Source: an uncultured Dehalococcoidales bacterium (GTDB lineage: Bacteria > Chloroflexota > Dehalococcoidia > Dehalococcoidales > BS750m-G39). Taken from it: a stretch of 64,000 nt of DNA. The stretch lies in the NCBI GenBank assembly GCA_964396965.1, contig CAYNGD010000006.1, positions 8,771 to 72,770 on the forward strand. The letters are read 5' to 3'. The notes below the pieces were generated by a model. That model made no database searches. It was not told the origin of the DNA and worked only from the letters and a program-made list of their open reading frames with translations. Shown in pieces: positions 17,819 to 25,833 of the stretch. The translations under genes were made by a program, and so were the position numbers. Within the stretch, counting starts at the first letter, position 1. Every line of letters starts with the position of its first letter.

Positions 17819-19027
17819 ATGGCTGGGCCTTTAGACGGGGTCAGGGTGGTGGAGATAACCATGTTTCAGCAGGGGCCGGTGGCCGGTATGAGGTTGGGTG
17901 ACCTGGGTGCCAAGGTGATTAAGGTTGAGGCTAAGACCGGAGACCCAGGTAGAGGGATGATGAGGATGGTCGGCGTCGATGCCGGCCTAAAGGGGCGAAA
18001 CTATTACTTTGAGAGCAATAACCGCAACAAGAGGAGCATCGTCCTTGACCTTAAGACGAGAAAGGGGATGAAGGTATTCTTAAAGCTGATTGACCGGGCT
18101 GATGTCTTTCTGACCAACATGAGCATCGAGGCACCGCAGAGGATGGGCATCAGCCCCGAGGTGTTGCTCAAGAGAAATCCACGGTTGATCTATGCCCATG
18201 CCTCCGGATGGGGCCGTAAAGGCCCGGATGCCAGCGAGCTTTCCTTCGACTATACCGGCATTGCCCGGTCGGGGACGATGATGATGTGTGGGGAGAGGGG
18301 TGATCCGCCGGGAATCCTGATACCGGGTATGGGTGATGAGCAGGGTGGGCTTATCTGCGCCTGGGCGGTGACCGCCGCCCTCTATGCACGGGAGAAGACA
18401 GGCCGGGGGCAGCTGGTCGATACCTCTTTGATGGGCAGCCTGATTTCCCTGCACGGGGTCAGCTTCTCGGCGCCTGGGGTTCTGGGACAGGAGTTCCCCA
18501 GACTACTCAGGTCGGAAGCGGGCAACCCGATTTATAACCACTATGGGTGTAAGGACGACAAATGGATTGTCTTGGCTCACCTCCAGCCCGACCGGTACTG
18601 GCCCAATGTCTGCCGGGCGATGGGGCTGGAGGAGCTGGAGCATGACCCCAAATTTAGCACGATAGAAGCCAGGCACGATAATGCCAGGGAGCTGGTGGCT
18701 ATCCTGGACGAGAGGTTCGCCACCAGGACCAGGGATGAATGGATGGAGATTTTTAAGAGGGAGGATGTAATCTATACCCCGGTCCAGTCAGCCAGCGAGG
18801 TCTTTGAGGACGGACAGGCGCTGGCCAATGACTATATCATCCCGGTTGACCATCCGGTCTGGGGCAGGATAAAGATGCTGGGCTTCCCCTGGACATTCCA
18901 CGAGACACCAGCCTCGGTGCAGAGGGAGGCCCCCGAGCTCGGCCAGCACACCGAGGAGATTCTGCTGGAGCTGGGCTATAGCTGGGAGGATATCGCTGCT
19001 TTAAAGAATGAAGAGGCGATACCTTAA
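17819..19027 (+). CDS. Class III (CaiB/BaiF family) CoA-transferase
   Basis: 402 aa with LDGVRVVEITMFQQGPVAGMRLGDLGAKVIKVE at the N-terminus and family-typical length. Confidence 0.88.
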   Translation: MAGPLDGVRVVEITMFQQGPVAGMRLGDLGAKVIKVEAKTGDPGRGMMRMVGVDAGLKGRNYYFESNNRNKRSIVLDLKTRKGMKVFLKLIDRADVFLTNMSIEAPQRMGISPEVLLKRNPRLIYAHASGWGRKGPDASELSFDYTGIARSGTMMMCGERGDPPGILIPGMGDEQGGLICAWAVTAALYAREKTGRGQLVDTSLMGSLISLHGVSFSAPGVLGQEFPRLLRSEAGNPIYNHYGCKDDKWIVLAHLQPDRYWPNVCRAMGLEELEHDPKFSTIEARHDNARELVAILDERFATRTRDEWMEIFKREDVIYTPVQSASEVFEDGQALANDYIIPVDHPVWGRIKMLGFPWTFHETPASVQREAPELGQHTEEILLELGYSWEDIAALKNEEAIP

Positions 19028-19047
19028 AGGCTGCTAAAAGGATGAGT

Positions 19048-19076
19048 TTGACAATAGCGCTTTTATATGTTAAGAT
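19048..19076 (+). promoter_or_regulatory. Sigma-70-type promoter of leader L2
   Basis: TTGACA (19048..19053), a 17 nt spacer, then TAAGAT (19071..19076). Confidence 0.5.
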
Positions 19077-19082
19077 TAGGTT

Positions 19083-19295
19083 TGCTTAAATATGGATGAG
19101 AATAAGATGTTAAATATCGCCTTCCAGGACTATTATTACGCCTATTATTTTACACCGAAAGGTGTGCTTGGGAGGTTTGCGGCCTGAAGCAGGGTAGTTA
19201 AGAGCTAAAAATAAACAGGAAAGCTAAAAGGAACCCTCCCAAGCGGGAGGGTTCTCCGTTTTTAGGAATATAACCAAAGGAGGACTAAAAATCAA
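19083..19295 (+). promoter_or_regulatory. Structured 5' leader L2, paralogue of L1
   Basis: Terminator AACCCTCCC-AAGC-GGGAGGGTT plus CTCCGTTTTT (19232..19263). Upstream GCTTGGGAGG (19166..19175) is an exact complement of CCTCCCAAGC in the terminator 5' arm. Confidence 0.5.
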
Positions 19296-20237
19296 GTGAC
19301 CGAAAGAATGGTTAAAAGAAGGTATGAAATCTTTACCATTGCCCCCAACTTTTACCAGCTGGGTACCCCCTCCTATCCGGCCTATCTGACGATGGGGGAT
19401 AAAGGGATGATTATCGAGGGGGGCACCGGGGCTACCTTTCCCATTATCGTTGCCCAGCTCCGGGAGCTGGGCAACGAGCCGGAGCGGATAGAATACGTTG
19501 CCCTTACCCATACCCACCCCGACCATTTCGGCGCCGTACCGCACCTAAAGAAGCTGTGGCCTCATCTGAAGGTTATCGCCAGCGACCTGGCGGCTAAGCT
19601 GCTGCAGAAGGAAGAAGTCATCAAGGACTTTGTCCGCATGGATCGCACCATCGCCGAGATTCTGCTGGTCAAGGGCGATATCGACTGGTGGCCCGTCGAG
19701 CTGGAAAACCCGGTCTTCAAAATTGATAGGATTGTCGGCGAGGGGGATAAGATAGACCTCGGTTCGGGTATGGTATGGACCGTTTATGAAACGCCGGGGC
19801 ATTCGCCCTGCCATATCTCCTTTCACAACGAAAGGGATGGCATACTGGTTATCGGGGACGCCACCGGGATATACGAGCCCGACAAAGAGGTCTTCTGGCC
19901 TAACTATTTCCAGTCCCTGGAGGAGTACTGCAACAGCATTCGCAAGCTGGCGGTGCTGCCGGCTAGGATAGGCGCCCGCAGCCACGGCGGTGTTGTCGGA
20001 GGGGAACCCGGGCACTATTTGCGGAGGGTTATAAAAGCTACCGAGGCTTATCACCGCGAGCTGATGGACCGGCTGGCTGGCGGTGAGAGTCCTGAGGCGA
20101 TTGCCCTGGATAAGGCGAAGTGGGTATATACCTTCACCAACCTACAGCCCTTTAAGCTGATACATGCCATGACCGGGCTTACCCTCAGGCTTTCTCAGGC
20201 GGCGGATGGTAAAGAAGGCCTGTTTGGTGTCCCCTGA
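19296..20237 (+). CDS. MBL-fold metallo-hydrolase
   Basis: 313 aa with the HTHPDH (HxHxDH) motif plus later His/Asp ligands. Start codon is uncertain because the RBS is 12 nt from the GTG. Confidence 0.8.
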   Translation: MTERMVKRRYEIFTIAPNFYQLGTPSYPAYLTMGDKGMIIEGGTGATFPIIVAQLRELGNEPERIEYVALTHTHPDHFGAVPHLKKLWPHLKVIASDLAAKLLQKEEVIKDFVRMDRTIAEILLVKGDIDWWPVELENPVFKIDRIVGEGDKIDLGSGMVWTVYETPGHSPCHISFHNERDGILVIGDATGIYEPDKEVFWPNYFQSLEEYCNSIRKLAVLPARIGARSHGGVVGGEPGHYLRRVIKATEAYHRELMDRLAGGESPEAIALDKAKWVYTFTNLQPFKLIHAMTGLTLRLSQAADGKEGLFGVP

Positions 20238-20279
20238 ACTCAGGCAAGGTGTTATAATACAGCGAAGAGGAGTAACGTT

Positions 20280-21437
20280 ATGCCAAGTGAGGCTATTGGC
20301 GGGCTGATGGCAGCCGATAAATACTACCAGGACTACGGCGCCAGGGCCAGAGAGCTTAAGAAGCAGGGGAAAAAGATAATAGGCTACCTGTGCGCCTTTA
20401 CCCCGGTGGAGATCATCACCGCCGCCGGCCTAGTGCCTTTCCGGATAAAAGGAGATGTTAACGAGCCCATCACTAAGGCCGATACTGAGATGGAGACCAT
20501 CGTCTGCCCCCTGGTGCGGAGCTGCTTTGATATGGCGCTTAAGGGAAACTATGAGTTCCTTGACGGCATCGTCATCCCCCACGCCTGTGACAGCATCTCC
20601 CGGACCTACGATGTCTGGAAGTATTCACTGAACCTCCCCTACTCCCATTTCATCAATATGCCCCACAGCACCGACGGGCCGTCACTCGAATTTTACAAGG
20701 CGCTGCTGGGCACGTTAAGGAAGAGCCTGGCCAAGTTTGCCGGAAGAGAGATTTCCGACCAGGACTTGAGAGAGGCAATAAAGCTCTACAACCAGAACCG
20801 GGCTAAAGTGCGGGAGCTGTATGAGCTGAGGAAGGCCTCGCCGCCCCTGATATCGGGTGCGGAGATAACCAGGGTGTTGGTAGGGGCAATTAGCCTGCCG
20901 GTTGAGGAGGCCACCCGGCTCGTTGACAGCGTTATCGAAGAGGTCAAGCAGCGGCCGCCGCTACCGGCCAAGGCAGCCCGGCTGATGGTGGTTGGTGCCG
21001 AGGTTGACGATATTGCCTTCATCGACCTCATCGAGGACAGCGGGGCCTGGGTGGTGGCCGACGACCTCTGCCCCGGGGCGAGGGAGTTCTGGGCCGATGT
21101 TGAGGTCACCAAGAATCCGATTGACGGCATCGCCGAGCGGTATTTAAGGAAGATAAACTGCGGCCGGACCTTCCGTGAGAGAAAAGGGAGCTATGACGAC
21201 TATCTCGAGGAGAGGTTCGGGCATATCGGGCGTTTTATTAAAGAATTTAAGGTGGATGGGGTGGTGCTCTATATTTACAAGTACTGCGACCCTTACGGCT
21301 TCGACGTGCCGCCGATGAAGGGCTACATCGAATCTAAGGGAACGCCGGTGCTCTACCTTGAGGACGAGTATTCCATGTCCACCATCGGCAGGCTCAGGAC
21401 CAGAATTCAGGCCTTCCTGGAATTGATTGCTAAATAG
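20280..21437 (+). CDS. Benzoyl-CoA reductase / 2-hydroxyacyl-CoA dehydratase family subunit (BzdN/BcrC/HgdB-like)
   Basis: 385 aa HGD-D-type sequence (IGYLCAFTPVEIITAAGLVPFRI, conserved Cys in CPLVRSC, PHACDS). Confidence 0.85.
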   Translation: MPSEAIGGLMAADKYYQDYGARARELKKQGKKIIGYLCAFTPVEIITAAGLVPFRIKGDVNEPITKADTEMETIVCPLVRSCFDMALKGNYEFLDGIVIPHACDSISRTYDVWKYSLNLPYSHFINMPHSTDGPSLEFYKALLGTLRKSLAKFAGREISDQDLREAIKLYNQNRAKVRELYELRKASPPLISGAEITRVLVGAISLPVEEATRLVDSVIEEVKQRPPLPAKAARLMVVGAEVDDIAFIDLIEDSGAWVVADDLCPGAREFWADVEVTKNPIDGIAERYLRKINCGRTFRERKGSYDDYLEERFGHIGRFIKEFKVDGVVLYIYKYCDPYGFDVPPMKGYIESKGTPVLYLEDEYSMSTIGRLRTRIQAFLELIAK

Positions 21438-21458
21438 TAGTTTATAAGGAGAACGGTT

Positions 21459-22796
21459 ATGACCGAGGAGAAGAAACCGGAGGAGAGAAAAAAGAGGAGG
21501 ACGGCCACCGAGGCGGCGGCCAAGATAGGGCCGATGGCCAAGGCGATGAACGCCGCCGTGCTTCAGGCGAGCCAGGATGGCGAGCCGATAGCCTACTCCT
21601 TTATCTACAGCGGCTATGACGAAATCATCCGGGCGATGGATATCGTCCCCGCCTGGACGGAGAACTACGCCGGAATCTGCGGTGCCAAGCGCGATGCCCA
21701 GCGGTTCCTGGAGAGGGCGGAGGGGGAGAACTTCTCCCGCTCCCTCTGCACCTACGCCCTCTGCGGCCTGGGCTTTGACAACTGGCGCGAGGAGCTGGGG
21801 GAGATGCCCCTGGATGCCCCCTGGGGTGGGCAGGCCCGGCCCACGGTGATGCTGGGCAGCGGCCAGGTCATCTGCGACCCCAGGTACAAGTGGTACCAGG
21901 CGGCCCAGCACTATATGACCGACGTGCCGGTCTATGTCGGCGGGCTGCCCTATCCCCCCTATGAGGAGGACTACGACTACCGCGAGGTGCAGGACTACTA
22001 CGTGAAATATATCGTCGGGGAGCTGCGGGGGCTGGTCGAGTTTCTGGAGAAGAATACTAATAGAAAGATGGACTGGGAGCGCTTGAGCCAAGTGGTTGAC
22101 ATCAGCGACCGCACCTGGAACACGATTTCCGAGGCCTACGACCTGCGCAAGGCGGTGCCCTGCCCGATGGGCACCGGCGACGCCATGAATACCATGGTGC
22201 CGATGACCTTCATGATGGGAACCCAGGAGGCCCTGGACTTCTTCAAGGACCTATATGATGAGCTTAAGTGCAAGATAGCCAACAAAGAGGGCGTAATTCC
22301 CGACGAGAAATACCGGCTGCTCTGGGGTGGGGGGCTGCCCTCGTGGTTTGCCCTGACTGATTTTAACTACTTCAACAGCAGGGGGGCGGTCTTTCCCGCC
22401 GAGACTACCTACCGGCTGCTGGAGCCGGTCTATAAGCTGGACTTACCTAAGGTCAGCGACCCACTGGAGCACCTGGCCTGGCGCTGGGTGAGGTACTGGA
22501 CCTGTCGTCATGACAGGGCCAGGAAACGCCCGGGCTCTACCCCTGAGGTTGAGCGCCTTATTGAGTATATCGAGGAATACAAGATAGACGGGGTGGTGAT
22601 GCACGAGGCCTTCTCCTGCCGCAGCTGGCACCCCGGCCTGATATGGCAGCTTAACCAGCTCAAACGGGTCTATAGTGATATACCATCGCTGGTTCTGGAG
22701 AGCGATATCGTTGACATCAGCTCCTATAACGAGGCCGACACCAGGGCCAGGATAGATGCCTTCATCGATACCCTGGAGGCGGTCAAGAGCCGGTGA
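21459..22796 (+). CDS. Benzoyl-CoA reductase / 2-hydroxyacyl-CoA dehydratase family subunit (BzdO/BcrB/HgdA-like)
   Basis: 445 aa, second HGD-D-type subunit with conserved Cys residues (SLCTYALCG, AFSCRSW). Tightly linked to its neighbours. Confidence 0.85.
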   Translation: MTEEKKPEERKKRRTATEAAAKIGPMAKAMNAAVLQASQDGEPIAYSFIYSGYDEIIRAMDIVPAWTENYAGICGAKRDAQRFLERAEGENFSRSLCTYALCGLGFDNWREELGEMPLDAPWGGQARPTVMLGSGQVICDPRYKWYQAAQHYMTDVPVYVGGLPYPPYEEDYDYREVQDYYVKYIVGELRGLVEFLEKNTNRKMDWERLSQVVDISDRTWNTISEAYDLRKAVPCPMGTGDAMNTMVPMTFMMGTQEALDFFKDLYDELKCKIANKEGVIPDEKYRLLWGGGLPSWFALTDFNYFNSRGAVFPAETTYRLLEPVYKLDLPKVSDPLEHLAWRWVRYWTCRHDRARKRPGSTPEVERLIEYIEEYKIDGVVMHEAFSCRSWHPGLIWQLNQLKRVYSDIPSLVLESDIVDISSYNEADTRARIDAFIDTLEAVKSR

Positions 22797-23638
22797 AAAG
22801 CCAGTATTTCGCCGGGGTTGACATCGGTTCCACCATGACCAAGGTGGTCATCATGGACCAGGCGACCCTGGCCTCGGTTATCGGCCCCACCGGCCCCGAG
22901 CACCGCAAGCTGGCCAACCGGGTGATGGAGGAGGCGCTAGGCAAGGCCGGACTTGCCTTCGAGGAGATAACCTACCTGGTGGCCACCGGCTACGGGCGGA
23001 TCAACGTCCCCTTCGCCGACAGGCAGATAACCGAGATATCCTGCCACGCCCGGGGGGTGGCCCACCTGCTGCCCGGGGTGAGGACGGTGATTGACATCGG
23101 CGGCCAGGACAGCAAGGGAATCAAGCTCAAAGACGGGCGGGCGGTGGACTTCGTTATGAACGACAGGTGCGCCGCCGGCACCGGCCGCTTTCTGGAGGTG
23201 ACCGCCGAGAGCCTCGGCGTCAGCCTGGAGGAGATGGGTAAATTAGCGCTGGAGGCTAAGAATAAGGTGGAGATAGGCAGCACCTGCACCGTCTTCGCCG
23301 CCCAGGAGGTAGTGGCCAAGCTCTCCGAGGGGGCGGCGCTGGCCGATATCATCGCCGGCCTGCACGAGGCGATTGCTACCCGGATATACGGCATGGTCCG
23401 GCGCCTGAAGATAGAGAGGGAGGTGGCCCTGACCGGCGGCGGGGCTAAGAATATTGGCCTAGTTAAGTCTATGGAAGCTAAACTGGGCTTCCCGGTGCTG
23501 CTGCCACCGGAGCCGCTGCTCACCGGGGCTATCGGGGCGGCGCTGCTGGGTGGGGATATAGTCAAGGAGGCGGAGAAGAAGGGAGAGAAACTAAAGAAAA
23601 GCCCCCGTCGCCTCACTGAGGCTACCTTGTTTACATAA
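22793..23638 (+). CDS. BcrAD/BadFG/HgdC-type ATPase (electron-activating subunit 1)
   Basis: 281 aa with GVDIGSTMTK, DIGGQDSK, cluster Cys motifs RCAAGTGRFLE and STCTVFA. GTG start overlaps the upstream stop (GTGA). Confidence 0.88.
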   Translation: MKSQYFAGVDIGSTMTKVVIMDQATLASVIGPTGPEHRKLANRVMEEALGKAGLAFEEITYLVATGYGRINVPFADRQITEISCHARGVAHLLPGVRTVIDIGGQDSKGIKLKDGRAVDFVMNDRCAAGTGRFLEVTAESLGVSLEEMGKLALEAKNKVEIGSTCTVFAAQEVVAKLSEGAALADIIAGLHEAIATRIYGMVRRLKIEREVALTGGGAKNIGLVKSMEAKLGFPVLLPPEPLLTGAIGAALLGGDIVKEAEKKGEKLKKSPRRLTEATLFT

Positions 23639-23653
23639 TATAGGAAGAAAATC

Positions 23654-24439
23654 ATGATATATGTTGCCGGGATTGATATCGGCTCCGCCTTCGCCAAGGC
23701 GGTGATAATGGCGGAGAATAAAATAGTCGCCCACCGGGTAAAGCCCTCCGGCGGGAACTACAGGCTCACCGCCGGGCAGGTTATGGATGAGGCTCTTGAC
23801 AAGGCCAGGCTATCTCAAAAGGATATAGCCGGTACCGTAGCCACCGGCTACGGCGCATCCAGCGTCTCTTCGGCCAGCCAGACAGCCTCGGATATATCCT
23901 GCCTGGCTAGGGGGGTGCACTATCTCTTTCCTGGTGCCCGCACCGTCATTGATATCGGCGGGCAGTTCACCCGAGTGCTTAAATTAGACGGGCGGGGGAG
24001 GGCCACCTCCTTCCTGCTCAGCGAGAAGTGCGCCGCCGGTAGCGGGCGATTTCTGCAGGTGATTGCCAGGGTGCTTCAGGTTAACCTTGATGACATCGGC
24101 GAGCTATCGCTAAAGTCCAAGAAAAGGGTTGACTTCAACACCGGCTGCGCCGTCTTCGCAGAGTCGGAGGCGGTATCCCGCATCGCCGAGGGGGCGGCCA
24201 AGGAGGATATTCTGGCCGGTCTGCACCGGGCTCTGGCGGCTAAGATTCAGGCCATGGTGGCCAGGCTCGGCCTTGAGCCTGAGTGTGCTGTGGTGGGGGG
24301 TGGGGCCAAGGATATCGGGCTGGTCAGGAGCATAGAGGCCGGGCTGGAGGGTAAACTGCTGATTCCCGACGAGCCGCAGATTGTGGCCGCCCTGGGGGCA
24401 GCCCGGCTGGCCGGGGAAAAGGTCGATCAGGGGGACTGA
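23654..24439 (+). CDS. BcrAD/BadFG/HgdC-type ATPase (electron-activating subunit 2)
   Basis: 261 aa with GIDIGSAFAK, DIGGQFT, KCAAGSGRFLQ and TGCAVFA. Distinct paralogue of the preceding gene. Confidence 0.88.
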   Translation: MIYVAGIDIGSAFAKAVIMAENKIVAHRVKPSGGNYRLTAGQVMDEALDKARLSQKDIAGTVATGYGASSVSSASQTASDISCLARGVHYLFPGARTVIDIGGQFTRVLKLDGRGRATSFLLSEKCAAGSGRFLQVIARVLQVNLDDIGELSLKSKKRVDFNTGCAVFAESEAVSRIAEGAAKEDILAGLHRALAAKIQAMVARLGLEPECAVVGGGAKDIGLVRSIEAGLEGKLLIPDEPQIVAALGAARLAGEKVDQGD

Positions 24440-24440
24440 T

Positions 24441-25832
24441 ATGATTGATAAGAAGATTATAACCGAACTACGCAAGACGGTAGGCGAGAACGCCGTCATG
24501 ACCTCAAAGGAGGACCTCAATGCCTACTCCTACGACGGCACCACTACCTGGGCTCACCCGCCCGACGTGGTGGTGCTGCCGACCACTGCCGAGCAGGTCT
24601 CCCACATCCTGAAGCTGGTTAACGAGCACAGGGTCCCGGTCACCCCCAGGGGGGCCGGCACCAACCTCAGTGGCGGCTCCATCCCGATAAAGGGGGGTAT
24701 CGTCCTCTGCACCACCAGGATGGATAAAATACTGGACATAAACAAGGCCAATCTGACCGCCACCGTCGAGCCCGGCGTGGTGCTCCAGGACTTCAATCTG
24801 GCCCTGGCCAAGCAGGGGTTGTTCTATCCCCCCGACCCCCAGAGCTTCCTAGGCTGCACCCTGGGTGGCAACGTGGCCGAGAATGCCAGCGGCCCCTACT
24901 GCGTCAAGTATGGGGTAACCAAGCAGTACGTGTTGGGGCTGGAAGTGGTCCTGGCCAACGGCTACATCATGAAGCTGGGTGGGGTGACGGTCAAGAACCG
25001 CACCGGCTATGAGCTGATGATGCTGTTCACCGGCTCCGAGGGAACGCTGGGGGTAATCACCAAGATAACCCTCCGGCTGCTGCCGATGCCGCCGGCCAAC
25101 CAGACGGTGATGGCTGTCTTTGACGATGTGGCCGTCGGTGGGCAGGCGGTATCCGATATCATGGCCAGCGGGGTGGTGCCGGCCAAGGTCGAGTTCGTTG
25201 ATAACTTCGTCCTGAGGCGAATCGAGGAGATGACCCCGATGGGTCTGCCGGTGGAGGCCAAGGCGCTGCTGCTGATCCAGACCGATGGCTCGCCGGCGGC
25301 GGTTGAGGCCGAAACTAAGCAGATTGTTGAAATACTGAAGAAGAGCGGGGCCAAGGAGGTCAGGGTGGCCAAGGACGCTGCCGAGGCGGCGATGTACTGG
25401 AAGATGAGGAGCGCCGGCTATGCTGCTACCTTCGGTGCCGCCCATACCGTCATGACCGAGGACGTGACCGTGCCCCGGGACCGGATGGCCGAGTTCATCC
25501 ACAAGCTGGAGGAGATATCGGAGAGGACCGGCTTCTTTATCTGCTACCTGGGCCATGCCGGCGACGGCAATTTGCACCCATCGATATTCACCGATATCAG
25601 GAACGAGGAGGAGTTCGCCCGCGCCCAAAAGGCGATGGAGGAGATATTCGAGTCGGCGCTCTCGGTGGGCGGCGTCCTCTCCGGCGAGCACGGCATCGGT
25701 CTGGAGAAACAGCGCTTCCTCAAGCGGGCGATGGACCCGGTGGCCCTTGACCTGATGATAAAGATAAAGGGAATTTTGGACCCCAACCATATCCTCAACC
25801 CGGGCAAGATATGGGAAGAGGAAAGGGTTTGA
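24441..25832 (+). CDS. FAD-linked oxidase, GlcD / D-2-hydroxyacid dehydrogenase-like
   Basis: ATG 24441 lies 1 nt after the upstream stop (the track ORF from 24381 is an upstream extension). Shows an FAD PCMH domain (PRGAGTNLSGGSIP) and C-terminal GEHGIG. Confidence 0.88.
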   Translation: MIDKKIITELRKTVGENAVMTSKEDLNAYSYDGTTTWAHPPDVVVLPTTAEQVSHILKLVNEHRVPVTPRGAGTNLSGGSIPIKGGIVLCTTRMDKILDINKANLTATVEPGVVLQDFNLALAKQGLFYPPDPQSFLGCTLGGNVAENASGPYCVKYGVTKQYVLGLEVVLANGYIMKLGGVTVKNRTGYELMMLFTGSEGTLGVITKITLRLLPMPPANQTVMAVFDDVAVGGQAVSDIMASGVVPAKVEFVDNFVLRRIEEMTPMGLPVEAKALLLIQTDGSPAAVEAETKQIVEILKKSGAKEVRVAKDAAEAAMYWKMRSAGYAATFGAAHTVMTEDVTVPRDRMAEFIHKLEEISERTGFFICYLGHAGDGNLHPSIFTDIRNEEEFARAQKAMEEIFESALSVGGVLSGEHGIGLEKQRFLKRAMDPVALDLMIKIKGILDPNHILNPGKIWEEERV

Positions 25833-25833
25833 T

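Noticed and set aside
24381-24440. Upstream extension of the GlcD-like ORF (track start 24381).
   Set aside because: The extension overlaps the end of the preceding ATPase gene in another frame and gives a non-homologous W/P/G-rich N-terminus. ATG 24441 directly follows the upstream stop and begins a typical FAD-oxidase N-terminus.
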